From Macrostomum lignano (Eukaryota): a stretch of 64,000 bases of DNA. The notes beneath the pieces were generated by a model that worked only from the letters and a program-made list of their open reading frames with translations, was not told the DNA's origin and made no database searches. How positions within the stretch are numbered: position 1 is the stretch's first letter; the number at the start of each line of letters is the position of its first letter. Below are positions 47,890 to 59,684 of this stretch, one piece after another. Location of the stretch: NCBI GenBank assembly GCA_002269645.1, contig NIVC01002878.1, forward strand, positions 62,001-126,000. The letters run 5' to 3'. The position numbers and the translations under genes were made by a program.

Positions 47890-49312
47890 CTAGCGATCAT
47901 CTTGAATTTGACGCCGAACCACTTCGCTAGGCGGAGTGTCCCACAGAGCCGAGCTGCCGCGGCGACTCAGCCAGCACCGCCTCCTCCTCCGGCTATGGCC
48001 ATCATCATCATTATTATTAATAGAATCCTCATCATTAACGTCATCTGTTGAATCGCTTTTTGTCGCAACATCTTCGAATGCTCGGAACAGGCTGTCGGCC
48101 AGTTTGCTTCCGGCATCCACTGGGCGGAACACGTGCCACCAGCGAAGGCCTTCGACAGCCTGGCGAGAGAACATCCAGTGCAGATTGTCCTCGGTCACCC
48201 AGTCGGCCAGAGCATCGTCCGCGAATTCTGGCCGGCTGAAATCCGGCTCGTCCTCTTCGTCTTCATAGTCTGATAAATCTTCATCGGGCTCTGCTTCAGG
48301 TGGCTTGGCGTCTTCTGCTTTTGAGGCTTGGTCTTCAATCTGTTGCTGCTGCTGCTGCTGCAACTGGCTGGGATGATGATTCTCGTCCTGCTCAAACTCA
48401 ATTGTGACGTCGCTGATTGACAGGTCGAGTTGGGGAGGCAGCGGCGTCGGTGGCGGCGGAGGCTGCGACTCCGGCTGCAGCTGATTGGAGCTCTGCAGGG
48501 CCTGCGGAGGTTTTTCGGGGCAGATAGATTTAGTAGATTGATATCTAGCGGGGCAGATAGATTTGGTAGATTGATATCTAGCAGGGCAGATAGATTTGGT
48601 AGATTGATATCTAGCAGGGCAGATAGATTTGGTAGATTGATATCTAGCAGGGCAGATAGATTTGGTAGATTGATATCTAGCAGGGCAGATAGATTTGGTA
48701 GATAGATATCTAGCAGGGCAGATAGATTTGGTAAATTGATATCTAGCAGGGCAGATAGATTTGGTAGATTGATATCTAGCAGGGCAGATAGATTTGGTAG
48801 ATTGATATCTAGCAGGGCAGATAGATGATGAAACGAAAGTCAGGGAATTGGTATATTCTTACCAAGCTTCCACAACTATCAAGCAGCGGCTTGCGCAGTT
48901 CAACAATCTGCTCCAATTTCTGCATCTGCTGCGGCGATGCAGCACTAAAGACAGCCTTGACAGCGGTAGACTGCTCGCAGCAGACCTGTCGATGCTTTGC
49001 TGTCCGCGGAGTTTTCAAATTAATTTTCTTTGTCTGAGTCTGCGGCGGCTGGACAGCATGGGCTGCGGCAGCGCCAGACTTCAGTCGCTGCAGCCGCTCG
49101 CGCTGCAGTCGCTGCGCCGTCTCAAGCACGCGTCTTCTGCGCGCCTCAGCCTGAGCCGCTTTCTCAGCTCTTAACCGGTTTGCCTCGTCGCGTTGGCGTT
49201 GAAGACGCTCGGCGTCGGCGGCCAGTTTGGCTTCCAGCTGCTGCTGACGACGGCGCAACTGTTCAGCAGCATGACGCTGCCACTGCTGCTGCTGACGACG
49301 CAGAAAATTCAT
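47890..49312 (-). CDS. INCENP-like protein (charged helix plus C-terminal IN-box-like motif), 353 aa. Exons 49312-48863 and 48501-47890
   Basis: Phase-0 GT-AG junction. R/E/Q-rich helix, then acidic tract, ADWVTEDNL..RQ, and terminal RRGSSALWDTPP matching the INCENP Aurora-B-binding IN-box end (RTSSAVWxSPP). No N-terminal CEN-box seen. Confidence 0.68.
48520..48826. repeat. 33-bp minisatellite (GCAGATAGATTTGGTAGATTGATATCTAGCAGG) filling the INCENP-like intron
   Basis: About 9 tandem units. Confidence 0.95.
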
Positions 49313-49882
49313 TTGAAAAAAACCATTAGAATGCTTTGAACTAAAATAATGGTAAAATGTCTTACTTTCTACTGATCAAATTGAGTAGGCTATAGAGAAT
49401 ATGAAATCTATTTAAATTTATTATTTTTAATGTTCGCACAAAAATGATGCTAAAATGTTCTACTTTCTACTATCGAGATTGAGTAGTAGGCTACTGAGGA
49501 CATGGAATTTATTTAGGCTTCAATTTTAATTTCCATGAAAATGGTGTAACATAGTTTGCTTCTATGATAACTCAATTGTTGTAGAGTCGAAGTTGAGGCA
49601 TGCCAGAGTCGCCGTAGAGTCACTGACTTGATAACTGGCGTAAAGCGCATCTGCGTCACTTTATGAATTAGAACCGCCATTTCGAATCTACTTCGAATTT
49701 AGTTTTGCTAAAAAATAGCATGAAATAAACTGCTAACAGTAATAAAGTAGTCGATAAACACGCATACACTGATTTATTTGCAAGATAAATAAATAAACAA
49801 ATAAATACATGTAAACACAATGAACTGACCGAAACCATAAGCTAAAAAGACAAACGTGGATAAAAGCAACTCAGACTCAAAC

Positions 49883-51422
49883 TCAATCAGTTTTGGTAAC
49901 TTTTGAGAGGCCTTTACCGGCGCACAGGCACACTGCAATGATGCAAGCCATCAGCACAAACAGGCCGGCGCAGATGGCAATGTAAACTGGCGATACGCCA
50001 ACTCCATTGAAGGACAGCAGGAATGCGACCACAGCGTCAACAGCGTGATCGAATGGCGTGGGAGCCGCCGGCACAGGGAATTTCTTGGCATCTGAGTAGC
50101 CGTGCCTGGCGAATGCCAGCACAAGTCTCCAGCTGTGCAGCTGGTGCGGCAGCTTATAGAAGGCCCCGGACCGGAACAGCAGCAGACTGTTGGGCTTGGC
50201 AATGCCGAATCGAGCAGCCGTGGCGTGGGAGGCTTCGGTCAGCAGCACTCGAGCTGCGCTGACGTGCAGCGGGCGAAGCGACTGGGCCAAGCCGGTGAGG
50301 ATGCGGGTTTTTGATGACAGCTGCGCATCTTTGGGATCCAGGAATGCGACAAGCCAGTGGCCTGTGGTGCTGCCTGGGTGGAGTGGGGGAGATCTTCATT
50401 CAATCTGACTTTCTAATTTGACTTCTCAGATCCTCAGCTGCTGGCTGGCCCACGAGTTTCCCAGATCCTCAGTTGCTGGGCCAGCCTCCCAGATCCTCAG
50501 TTGCTGGGCCAGCCTCCCAGATCCTCAGTTGCTGGGCCAGCCTCCCAGATCCTCAGTTGCTGGGCCAGTCTCAGATCCTCAGTTGCTGGGCCAGCCCCCC
50601 AGATCCTCAGTTGCTGGGCCAGTCTCAGATCCTCAGTTGCTGGGCCAGCCCCCCAGATCCTCAGTTGCTGGGCCAGCCTCCCAGATCCTCAGTTGCTGGG
50701 CCAGTCTCAGATCCTCAGTTGCTGGGCCAGCCCCCCAGATCCTCAGTTGCTGGGCCAGCCCCCCAGATCCTCAGTTGCTGGATCAGCCTCCCAGATCCCC
50801 AGTTGCTAGGCCAACCGGTGGCAACCGCCACCCCACTCAAATGTAACAAATTATCTGAAGAACAATTTTAAAAGGGAATAGGTAACTTCGCATGGATATT
50901 AATGGTTATCTACTCACCTGTGGCAGCCTGGGTTAGGCCTTCAAAATTGCCATCATCCAAGTCCTGAACAACAGCCGGTTGCTCAGTCAACCTGGCCAGC
51001 AGCTTGTCTCCAGTGAGCTCAGTCTCCGCAAACAGCAACGGTTGCCAGTCAGTCTGGCCCAGGAGCAGCAGATAAGCAACTGGCAGCTGGGCTGTCAGCT
51101 GAGGCGCCAAAGGATCTGCCTCGCCAGCTGACAGCAACCGGTAGCGACATTCAATTGACTGACCAGACATTTGAATGGCGTGACTCACTGCAGTTGAGAC
51201 AGTGGCTAATTGTTTGTCAGCATTGGAATCTGAATGCTGGATGTGAACTAGCAGTACATGCGCATCATTGTTGGCTGATGGCTTTGTGGCGGCAGTTGCT
51301 TCTACCTTCTGGCACAAGTGCAGCTTCTCATTTGAGTCACTATTGCCAGTGATGACTGTTGGCATGAACAATAGCAATATGATCAGGAATGCAATGCAGG
51401 TGATTTTCATTGTTGAATTCAT
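49883..51422 (-). CDS. TMX-like thioredoxin-fold type I membrane protein lacking CXXC, 331 aa. Exons 51422-50918 and 50373-49883
   Basis: N-terminal signal peptide, LDDGNFEGLTQAATG|STTGHWLVAF (like LTDxNFEHLTQAxTGATTGDWFVxFY), FRSGAFYK, GYSDAKKFPVPAAPTPFD, C-terminal TM helix and tail ending KTD*. Phase-1 GT-AG junction. Confidence 0.8.
50420..50810. repeat. 24-28-bp minisatellite (CAGATCCTCAGTTGCTGGGCCAGCCTCC) filling the TMX-like intron
   Basis: About 14 tandem units. Confidence 0.94.
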
Positions 51423-52435
51423 GAATAAAGGATATGAAATGATTAAATATTAAAGCATTCCTTTTAAACAATTAGACCTATGCAAAAAAGTTTGCTAAAA
51501 TATTTTATAAAGAATAAAAACACACAAACAATAACTTGGGCATCTGAAATTAGGATTCTGTTTTGTTTCAAACTGGATACCAATTAAATAAAGTCATTTT
51601 TTTAATTGAAACGTGGTTAATTTTCAAATATCAGACATGCTATAATAGGTAGGATTCTTGAAATTTCAAGACTTCTACTATAAATTTTAATTTACAAATA
51701 TTTTGCAAAACATAGAGGCTTTATAGACTTCAACAAACTTTTGCAGCTCACAAAGGCTTAGAACTATAAAAAAAGAATTTTAGATTAAATTTTTACAAAT
51801 TATTTTAAAAACTTATAAAACTACATTCTGTACAATTTTTTAAAAAAATCTTAAATAAAAGTGTTTTTATCTTATTACTATCTCTATAAAATTTAAACAC
51901 TGACATTATACTTCATATTTTGTGGTAAACAAAATGATTGCATTATATTTTTTGCAAACAAAAGTGGCAGAAAAATTGGCAATAGACAAAATGACAGTCA
52001 ACAACTCTGACATTAACATATATATAAAATTATAAATCATATATATGACTATGACACAAACCTAGACAGATTTTTAATTTTTTAAATTTTTTAGTACTTT
52101 TTTACTTTCTAAAAGTTATTCTCCATCTAGCTGAATAGGAAGCAATCGCATAGGTTGAGGTCTTGACTATATGCCATAGTCCAGATGAGGTAGCATGTCA
52201 TAGTCCAGATCATGCTAGGTGCATGCCTGAACAAAAAATAAATAATTACAAATGCATACAAAAAAAATTAAGTGCATAACCACATTTGCAAATCTATACT
52301 AATGTTGCAATAATAAATGATCTTTTTTATGTTGCAACAATAAATGACATTTATTGCATTGCATAAAGTACCCCTTTTGGCTTATAATTTGATTGATTAT
52401 TTTGCTTTTTTGCTTATACTATTTACAAATACAAT

Positions 52436-54292
52436 CTACTTTGGTAACAGCCACTCTGGTAACTGCCACAGTGCCACTTCAGTAACAAAAAATGACAGCT
52501 TTGGTAACAGCCACTTTTATAACAGCCAGTTCAATAGCAAAGCAGATTTACAATTGTCAACTTTATATCTTTATGGTAATTACCTCTTGCAACAATTAGA
52601 TAATTAATTTTAATCTTGAATACTTAATTACCATGTATGGTTTAATTTTCTAGTTGAGCTATATTTTAATTTGTTTTAAATTTGCATGTTAACTTTATGA
52701 AACATTTGAAAGCAAAGAAAATTAAGCATTGAAATTGAAAATGAAGTAATTAATGAAGGATAAAAGTAGATTCTGTAGTTTTAAGTTGTTAACTTAGATA
52801 ATCTAATGTGCATCATATTTGATCAATTACAAGATGTCACAGTAGGCTCATTCCATATAAGATGAACATTTTTGGAAAATAGAAAAAAGTCAATATTTTT
52901 GCTTGCCATTGCCTTATCAGCCAATTTTTTTTACCAAATGTGTTTTATGTGTAATATCTACAATCTAAGAATAAATAAATGATAAAATGTTGGATTAGTA
53001 TGTTATCAATTGGCAAAAAGTCATTTTTGTAAAAATTTGGACATTTTTCTAAGCAAAAGACATCATTAAGTTTGTGTACCTTTTAAAAATAAATAGAAAG
53101 CTTTGGAAGGTTGAAACAAACTATAGATAAAAGTATAGTACTTGCATCATCAGATAAAAGTATTGGTGACCAAATAATCTATTATATTTTTAATATATTG
53201 GTACCTCAAAGTTACTGAATTGACAGAAAAAAATATGTTACGACCATAATGTTACGACCATAAGGCTGCCTTTTCTTTTGTATCTTTGTTGCCTTTTGAG
53301 TTTATATATTCTACAAAAAGAGTATGATTACTGAAGATGTTGTTAGTCAAATTTTAAAAAATGTATTGCAAAATATCAAAAATAAAAAAATGTTATAAGA
53401 CTTTTACCTTTTAGTTTCTATATGTCAAAAATCCTGTTGTTACAACCATAAGTGCCATTCAAGGTTTAATAGCATCTATACTAATGATGATATCTACATG
53501 AAACTCTATAAAAATATTCTTGACAAAATTATCTTTCATTTAAATATTGGTTTAGTATATTCTATTATTATATTTCATTTTATAAGTAAAAATAGTCTGT
53601 CATGTTACGACCGTGCTTATATGGAATGAGCCAGTACATGTATCTAAGGTATCCCAAAATTAAAATAGATTGATAAAAACACTTTTTTAAAAGATAAACA
53701 TATGCAGATTTGCAGTTTATTTCATCAATCTAAATCTCTCAAAGTGTACGAGAATGTTTCTTAGGCCTAATTATTTTTGTTGTTCTTTTTAAGAAGTTCA
53801 TTGGTGCATTCTTTTGGACCATATCAATTAACATACATTCCCAACACCTGTCCAACCTGTTTGAACTAGATAGGTGAAATGGCCACAAGCCAAGGTAAGT
53901 CACAAAATCAAAAACATGAAAAATGAAAAATTGGTAGAAGAAAGAAGAGGAAAAGAAAAGGAAAAGAAAGAAAAGAAAATAGAGAGAAAGGAAGAGAAGA
54001 GAGAAAGAAAAAGAGAAAAAAGAGAAAAAGGCAAGAAAAATTATATACAGAGTGAAAATTAAGTTGCAATCACAGGGAACTAAGTTGCAATCGAGAGGAA
54101 CTAAGTCACAATTAGGAGAATCTAAGTCACAAATCTAGACAAAAGTCAAAACCAAGTTGCACCAGATAGATGAAATTTTGAGGTTGGGCATATATGTCAA
54201 TAATATGGCTATAGGCCCTATACATGTACTATTATTGTCATTTGTTAGGCCTACTAAAGTGGCTATTACCAAAATGGCTATTACCAAAGTAG
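52436..54292. mobile_element. Probable decayed foldback/MULE-like element hosting the 52845 MITE
   Basis: Left CTACTTTGGTAACAGCCAC with repeated GGTAACAGCCACT. Right GTGGCTATTACCAAAATGGCTATTACCAAAGTAG is the inverse. No clear TSD. Confidence 0.5.
52845..53632 (+). mobile_element. MITE family M, copy 1 (788 bp), 17-bp TIR, 4-bp TSD
   Basis: TIR GGCTCATTCCATATAAG and CTTATATGGAATGAGCC. TSD AGTA at 52841-52844 and 53633-53636. Strand is arbitrary. Confidence 0.9.
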
Positions 54293-55612
54293 TAATTTTT
54301 GCTACCAAAGCATAAAATTTACAACATAAAATCAATATAAGCAAGGCTTTGTTTAAATGCCTTACTAATAAGCTTTAAAAACTATAATGCTTGAAACTAA
54401 CACTTAAAAATGAATGAACTTTCTTTATCTTTTTTTTATTTAATACTAACTTTTCTATCTGTTTTGTTATATAAAGTGCATGCTAGGTGTATATATATAT
54501 TATTTTTTAAGAGTAATGAATGTCAACTATGCATGCCTACTTTTGATGTGCAAGCCAATGGCAATGCATATCTAAAATTTTGGGCATATTACTATATTAA
54601 CTACATGATCCAAAATGTGGATTGCATACTAAAAAATGTAGGCCCTAGCCTGATTAGTGATTTCATAAAAAATATTTTATATTGCATTAGCTAAATATAA
54701 AACAAAGTAATTACATTTAAAACAAAGTCATAATAAGCTTGAAGATTAAAGAAAGTAGATGCTTAATTAGGATTTATATCAGGGGGAGGGGCAGATATAA
54801 ATATATCTTTACATATGGCAATATCCAAGGGGGCAATATTTCCCTAGGCCTAACTAACTGTACAGCCACTGGCAAACTCGTCGTTTCGTCAACTAAGCCT
54901 GGTTCTCGAGTAAATTCACCAACTGTTACTGTTGAATGAAATTTCAAAATTAATTCGGTGGACGAGGACGAGTTCACCGTTTAAACGGACCCAATCCAAT
55001 TGAACAGCATAATTTCAAAACAACTTCTATATTTCTGTTGACTAGACCCCTGCGTAAGAACTCTCACACCGTAATGAAACACGGTTCCACACAGCAATTT
55101 AATGTATCAATAAAAGCTTATTATATCAAGTTATTATATTGTTAGTTCTTATTATATCCTCTATCCCATGAGTTGTTTCATGTTTGTGCACTCAAATGCT
55201 ACAATGAAGCTGTGTTTAAACTTTTCTTCGAAAATGCCTGACACAACAAACTGTTTTGTACTGCTGTATTTATTTTTAATTATATTAAAAAATAAAATAA
55301 AAATTTAAGCAAAAACTTTACAAAACATGAGTTATTTAAACATTCATGCATTTTTAAGGCCTTTTTGCTTAAATTATCAAATGGTTTCATGGAAGAACTT
55401 ATTTCAGAAACCAGGCAGAATCAGGCAGGTCTAGGCAGGGAGCGGGACCTCAGTAGCGAGCATCCCTCGTCTGTTCTTTTTGTGTTCATAGTATTTTTTC
55501 TATTGCTTCATACAATCTCTCTCATAGCATTAAAAAATTATATTATTTAAAATATTCAGCAAATGTCAACTTTCTTCTTATAAAAGAGTTCCTAGACGGT
55601 CTTGACCTAGTC

Positions 55613-57375
55613 TGCTCCTGGACACTTCGTCATCTAACCACTTCGTCATCTTGATAACAAAGTGACCATGGTTTTTGGACTCTTCGTCATATCAAAAAAT
55701 TGTTAGTAAATCTAGATGACGAAGTGACCAAATTTTGAGGACACTTCGTCATCCCAAGATTTAGCAAGGCTGTAAATTGTTACTCGATTGTTATTGTTAT
55801 AAATTGTTACTCAATTAATTTAGTCTGTAAAATATAGGATTAAAATACACACTTAGAGATTCAACTTGTCGCTATAATTGGCATCCAATGTACACAATGT
55901 ATACACAGTTTGCATATGCATGCTTTAATGTACAAGTAGTGCTCATTGTAATTTTAGGCATAGTGCAGTTTCGTTTGTGAAATTATTTTTCGTTTAAATT
56001 TGAAAGTTCCAAACCAGAAAACAATAACAACAATAAAAATTGATGTTTTAAACCATTCTAACAATTGTGGCAGAGACCGTGGCAGCCATCAGGTCGCGCA
56101 TTTAGCGCATTAAGAAACTGCACTATTGCCTAATTTTATTCTATGTTTAAACTTGCCAAGCTCTAATAATTATTTTTGCTTCTTTGCTTAATGCCTTAAG
56201 CATAAAATTGGCATTATCATTTCTACAACCCAGGGAAGGCAACAAAGTATGTGGCCATGGATTTCTCCTTGCTCTACTTGCAGGGACTTAACCAACCCTT
56301 GAATCACAACCTTATAGTACAATCTAAGCTAGAGTGATGTTACTTAATGCAATGGATTTCTCCTTGTTCTACCTGCAGGGAATTAACCAACCTTTCACAC
56401 ACATACAGTCTAAGCTAGACTGTCTATAAGTGCAACATGCCAATTCTCCAACCAACTAACCTAACCACAATGGTAGATCCAAGAGGGATGCAAGTGCAAA
56501 GATGGTCACTTAACCCCTCAAGACTGAAGTGGCCAGCATACTCTAACCCAGAATTTTATTATAAATATGGTGTATGAAATCATATATAAGAAGCAAATAC
56601 ATTTAAGAAACAGCTAGTTTATAAGTGAAAATAGTAGACATCTTACATTTTTGCCAAGAGCCAATTAGCAAAAAACAGCAAGCGCTTCAAAGTTAAGATT
56701 TTTTTGTTTTAATGCTAATGCTTCTGCCATTAACAGAAGTTAAGATTTTCATTAATGGTGCCTAACACTGGAAGCAGATTAAAGAGATTTTAACTGTCTT
56801 TTTTCCAAGCAATTTTGAATCTTTTGGCAAATACACGATCAAAATCGGTAAAGAAAATTTGTGAGCTCTAGAGTGTTATGGACATACAAACAAACAAACA
56901 AACAAATATTAGAGATTTAGATAGATTTAGAAAAAAAGGATTGAATTAATTTTGCAATTTTTATGTATAGGTCTTAATGCTATTTTCTTTGTGCTTTGTG
57001 AACTTTTTTATCTTTGTGCCTATATGTAGCTACAAATCACAATATTTATTGACTATCTTTATAGGTTGTGACTCCGCCATTGTCTGGTTCCAAGCCCAGA
57101 ATATGAAAGGAAGAGGGCAGCTATATGTAGATATATATACATGTATAATGTTTAATCTTTATCTTTATATTGTTATATAGTTATATAGTTGCATATATGA
57201 GTATACATGTTACATATAACAAATTTTTCCATACAAAAAGTGGATAACAAAGTGTCCAGGGAGTAGATGACAAAGTTCCACATTAGTAATATGGATGACC
57301 AAGTGGTAAGATAATGTAGTGTCTAACAATAAGAGTGGATAACAAAGTGGTAAGATGACAAAGTGTCTAGGAACC
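55613..57375. mobile_element. MULE-like non-autonomous element (1763 bp)
   Basis: Imperfect TIR TGCTCCTGGACACTTCGTCATC versus reverse-complemented right end GGTTCCTAGACACTTTGTCATC. Subterminal CACTTCGTCATC/GATGACAAAGTG repeats. 8-bp TSD ACCTAGTC at 55605-55612 and 57376-57383. Confidence 0.72.
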
Positions 57376-58317
57376 ACCTAGTCAAGTCATTTTGTCATCT
57401 GGGTGTCTGGGGTGCTCACCTCGACTATAGTCACTTGTCATCTTAATTAACATACACTATCTAAAAAGAGTCATTTTGTCATCCACCAATCATATTAGTT
57501 CCAAATTCAAGTGATATAATGTGGCAATAAAACATATTTAAGCCTACTTGGAATCCTATGATCCTAGTAATTTTGTAGCTAGTGATGAGATCTTGTTATC
57601 TCAATTGATAAAACCTGTCGATCAATTAGTTCTACTTGCCACAGCTTATAGTTATTAAAAAATAGTTTACACTAACTCGAATCACTCATAGATTGATTGG
57701 TAATGACAAAGTATCTAGCATAACTGAATATTCAGTCACTTTGTCATATTATTTTTCAAGCTACTTTGCTTCTGGTCACTTTGTTATCCGATATAACAAA
57801 ATAGAATATGACAATCTGACCAGTGACTGCTAAAACAGGCCTACCGCCTAATTGCTATAACTTTGGGCTATCTTTCAATTTTCCGCGTTAAATTTTTATG
57901 GGATGTGAGCATAACAAAAAATGAAAAATACAATATAGGAAGCTAGTCAATTGGTCATTCAATCAATCCACTACAGTGTAGATAGTAAGGGCTAATTTAG
58001 TTTATAGTACCTTATTTCCGTAGGAGGTAAAATTGTAGTTGGTGCTGGTCTTCTAGCTAGCCATGGTAGTAACGCTAGAATGCATAATGCATGTTAAAAT
58101 AATTTAATGTGGGAAACCAAAAGAATGCCTAACTTTGTTTAGTTGCATCCAGTTAAGAATTAGGCCTAAGCCTTAGTAGTTAGGCTTTGTAGACCCTTGC
58201 CATTTAGGTTAGCAACTTCAGTCAGATTTTAAAGGCATTTTTAGTGTTTTTTCAATTCTATTTACCAAAACTCATTTCATTTGCCACCTTTGCCTAAAAA
58301 AGGAACCTTAGGGCCTA

Positions 58318-58735
58318 TAGAGGTCAGATGGGATCCTTATCTTGATCTCAAAATCTTGGGATCCCAAGGAAAATTGGATTCCCATGGGACTAGAATCCCA
58401 ACCCTAAAAACATGAGAATTGAGAATAGGTCTTTTGATTAAAAATTTATAAAACTAGTGATTACTTAAATGTATTTTGTTTTAACTTGTACTCATTACAT
58501 TATTACTTTGTTAGTTACAAAACTTTGCATTGATTTTGTTAAATGTTTTACTTTTTGATCTTGACATTTTTGCTTAATTTTGTTTACTTTTATATGAACC
58601 TACAAACTACAATACACTAAAAGACCTGATCTAAAAGACCTGACCTATCTGTCCTGACCTGACCTAAAAGACCTTAGAAAAAAATTATTCCCGATCCTAA
58701 TCTCACCTGAAGATTTCAATCCCATTTGACCTCTA
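58318..58735. mobile_element. hAT-type MITE (418 bp)
   Basis: TIR TAGAGGTCAGATGGGAT and ATCCCATTTGACCTCTA (1 mismatch). Flanking 8-mers AGGGCCTA and AAGGCCTA match 7/8. Confidence 0.75.
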
Positions 58736-58898
58736 AAGGCCTATACCTAAAAAAACTAAAATACTTATCAGCTTGAAACTGGTCAGCTTGGTTAGGTAAT
58801 GAAAAAATCTGTCTTTAAGAATCAAAATAATAGCTAGAAGCTAAGGAATAATCCTGCAAAATTGTTTGTTAAATTCTTCTCATTGTTTAACTGATTCT

Positions 58899-59684
58899 GG
58901 CTCATTCCATATAAGCATGGTCGTAACATGACAGGTTATTTTTACTTATAAAATGAAATCTAATAATAGAATATACTAAACCAATATTTTAAATGAAAGA
59001 TTATTTTGTCTAGAATATATATAAAGAGTTTCATATAGATATCATCATTAGTATAGATGCTATTAAACCTTAAATGACACTTATGGTCATAACGACAGGA
59101 TTTTTGACATTTAGAAACTAAAAGGTAAAAGTCTTATAACATTTTTCATTTTTGATATTTTGCAATACATTTTTAAAATTTGACTAAGAACATCTTTAGA
59201 AATCATACTCTTTTATTAGAATATATAAACTCAAAAGGCAACAAAGATACAAAAGAAAAGGCAGCCTTATGGTCGTAACATTATGGTCGTAACATATTTT
59301 TTTCTGTCAATTCAGTAACTTTGAGGTACTAATACATTAAAAATATAATAGATTATTTGGTCACCAATGCTTTTATCTGATGATGCAAGTACTATACTTT
59401 TATCTATAGTTTGTTTCAACCTTCAAAAGCTTTCTATTTGTTTTTAAAAGGTACAAAATCTTAATGATGTCTTTTGCTTTGAAAAATGTCCAAATTTTTA
59501 CAAAAATGACTTTTTGCCAATTGATAACATACTAATCCAACATTTTACCATTCCTTTATTCTTAGATTGTATATATTGCACAATATAAACATTTGGTAAA
59601 AAAATAGGCTAATTAGGCAATGGCAAGCAAAAATATTGACTTTTTTCTATTTTCCAAATATGTCCATCTTATATGGAATGAGCC
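58899..59684 (-). mobile_element. MITE family M, copy 2 (786 bp), inverted relative to copy 1
   Basis: Same 17-bp TIR. TSD TTCT on both sides. The interior is a close reverse-complement match to 52845-53632. Confidence 0.9.

Noticed and set aside
53874-54135. Lys/Glu-rich ORF and 21-bp short repeats
   Set aside because: Purine-rich low-complexity DNA within a decayed element, with no splice context.
54774-54977. 67-aa ORF in a GC-richer patch
   Set aside because: No recognisable homology or partner exons. It may be a promoter or non-coding exon, but this cannot be supported.
56257-56400. Two copies of about 45 bp spaced 94 bp apart
   Set aside because: Ordinary local duplication inside the MULE-like element.
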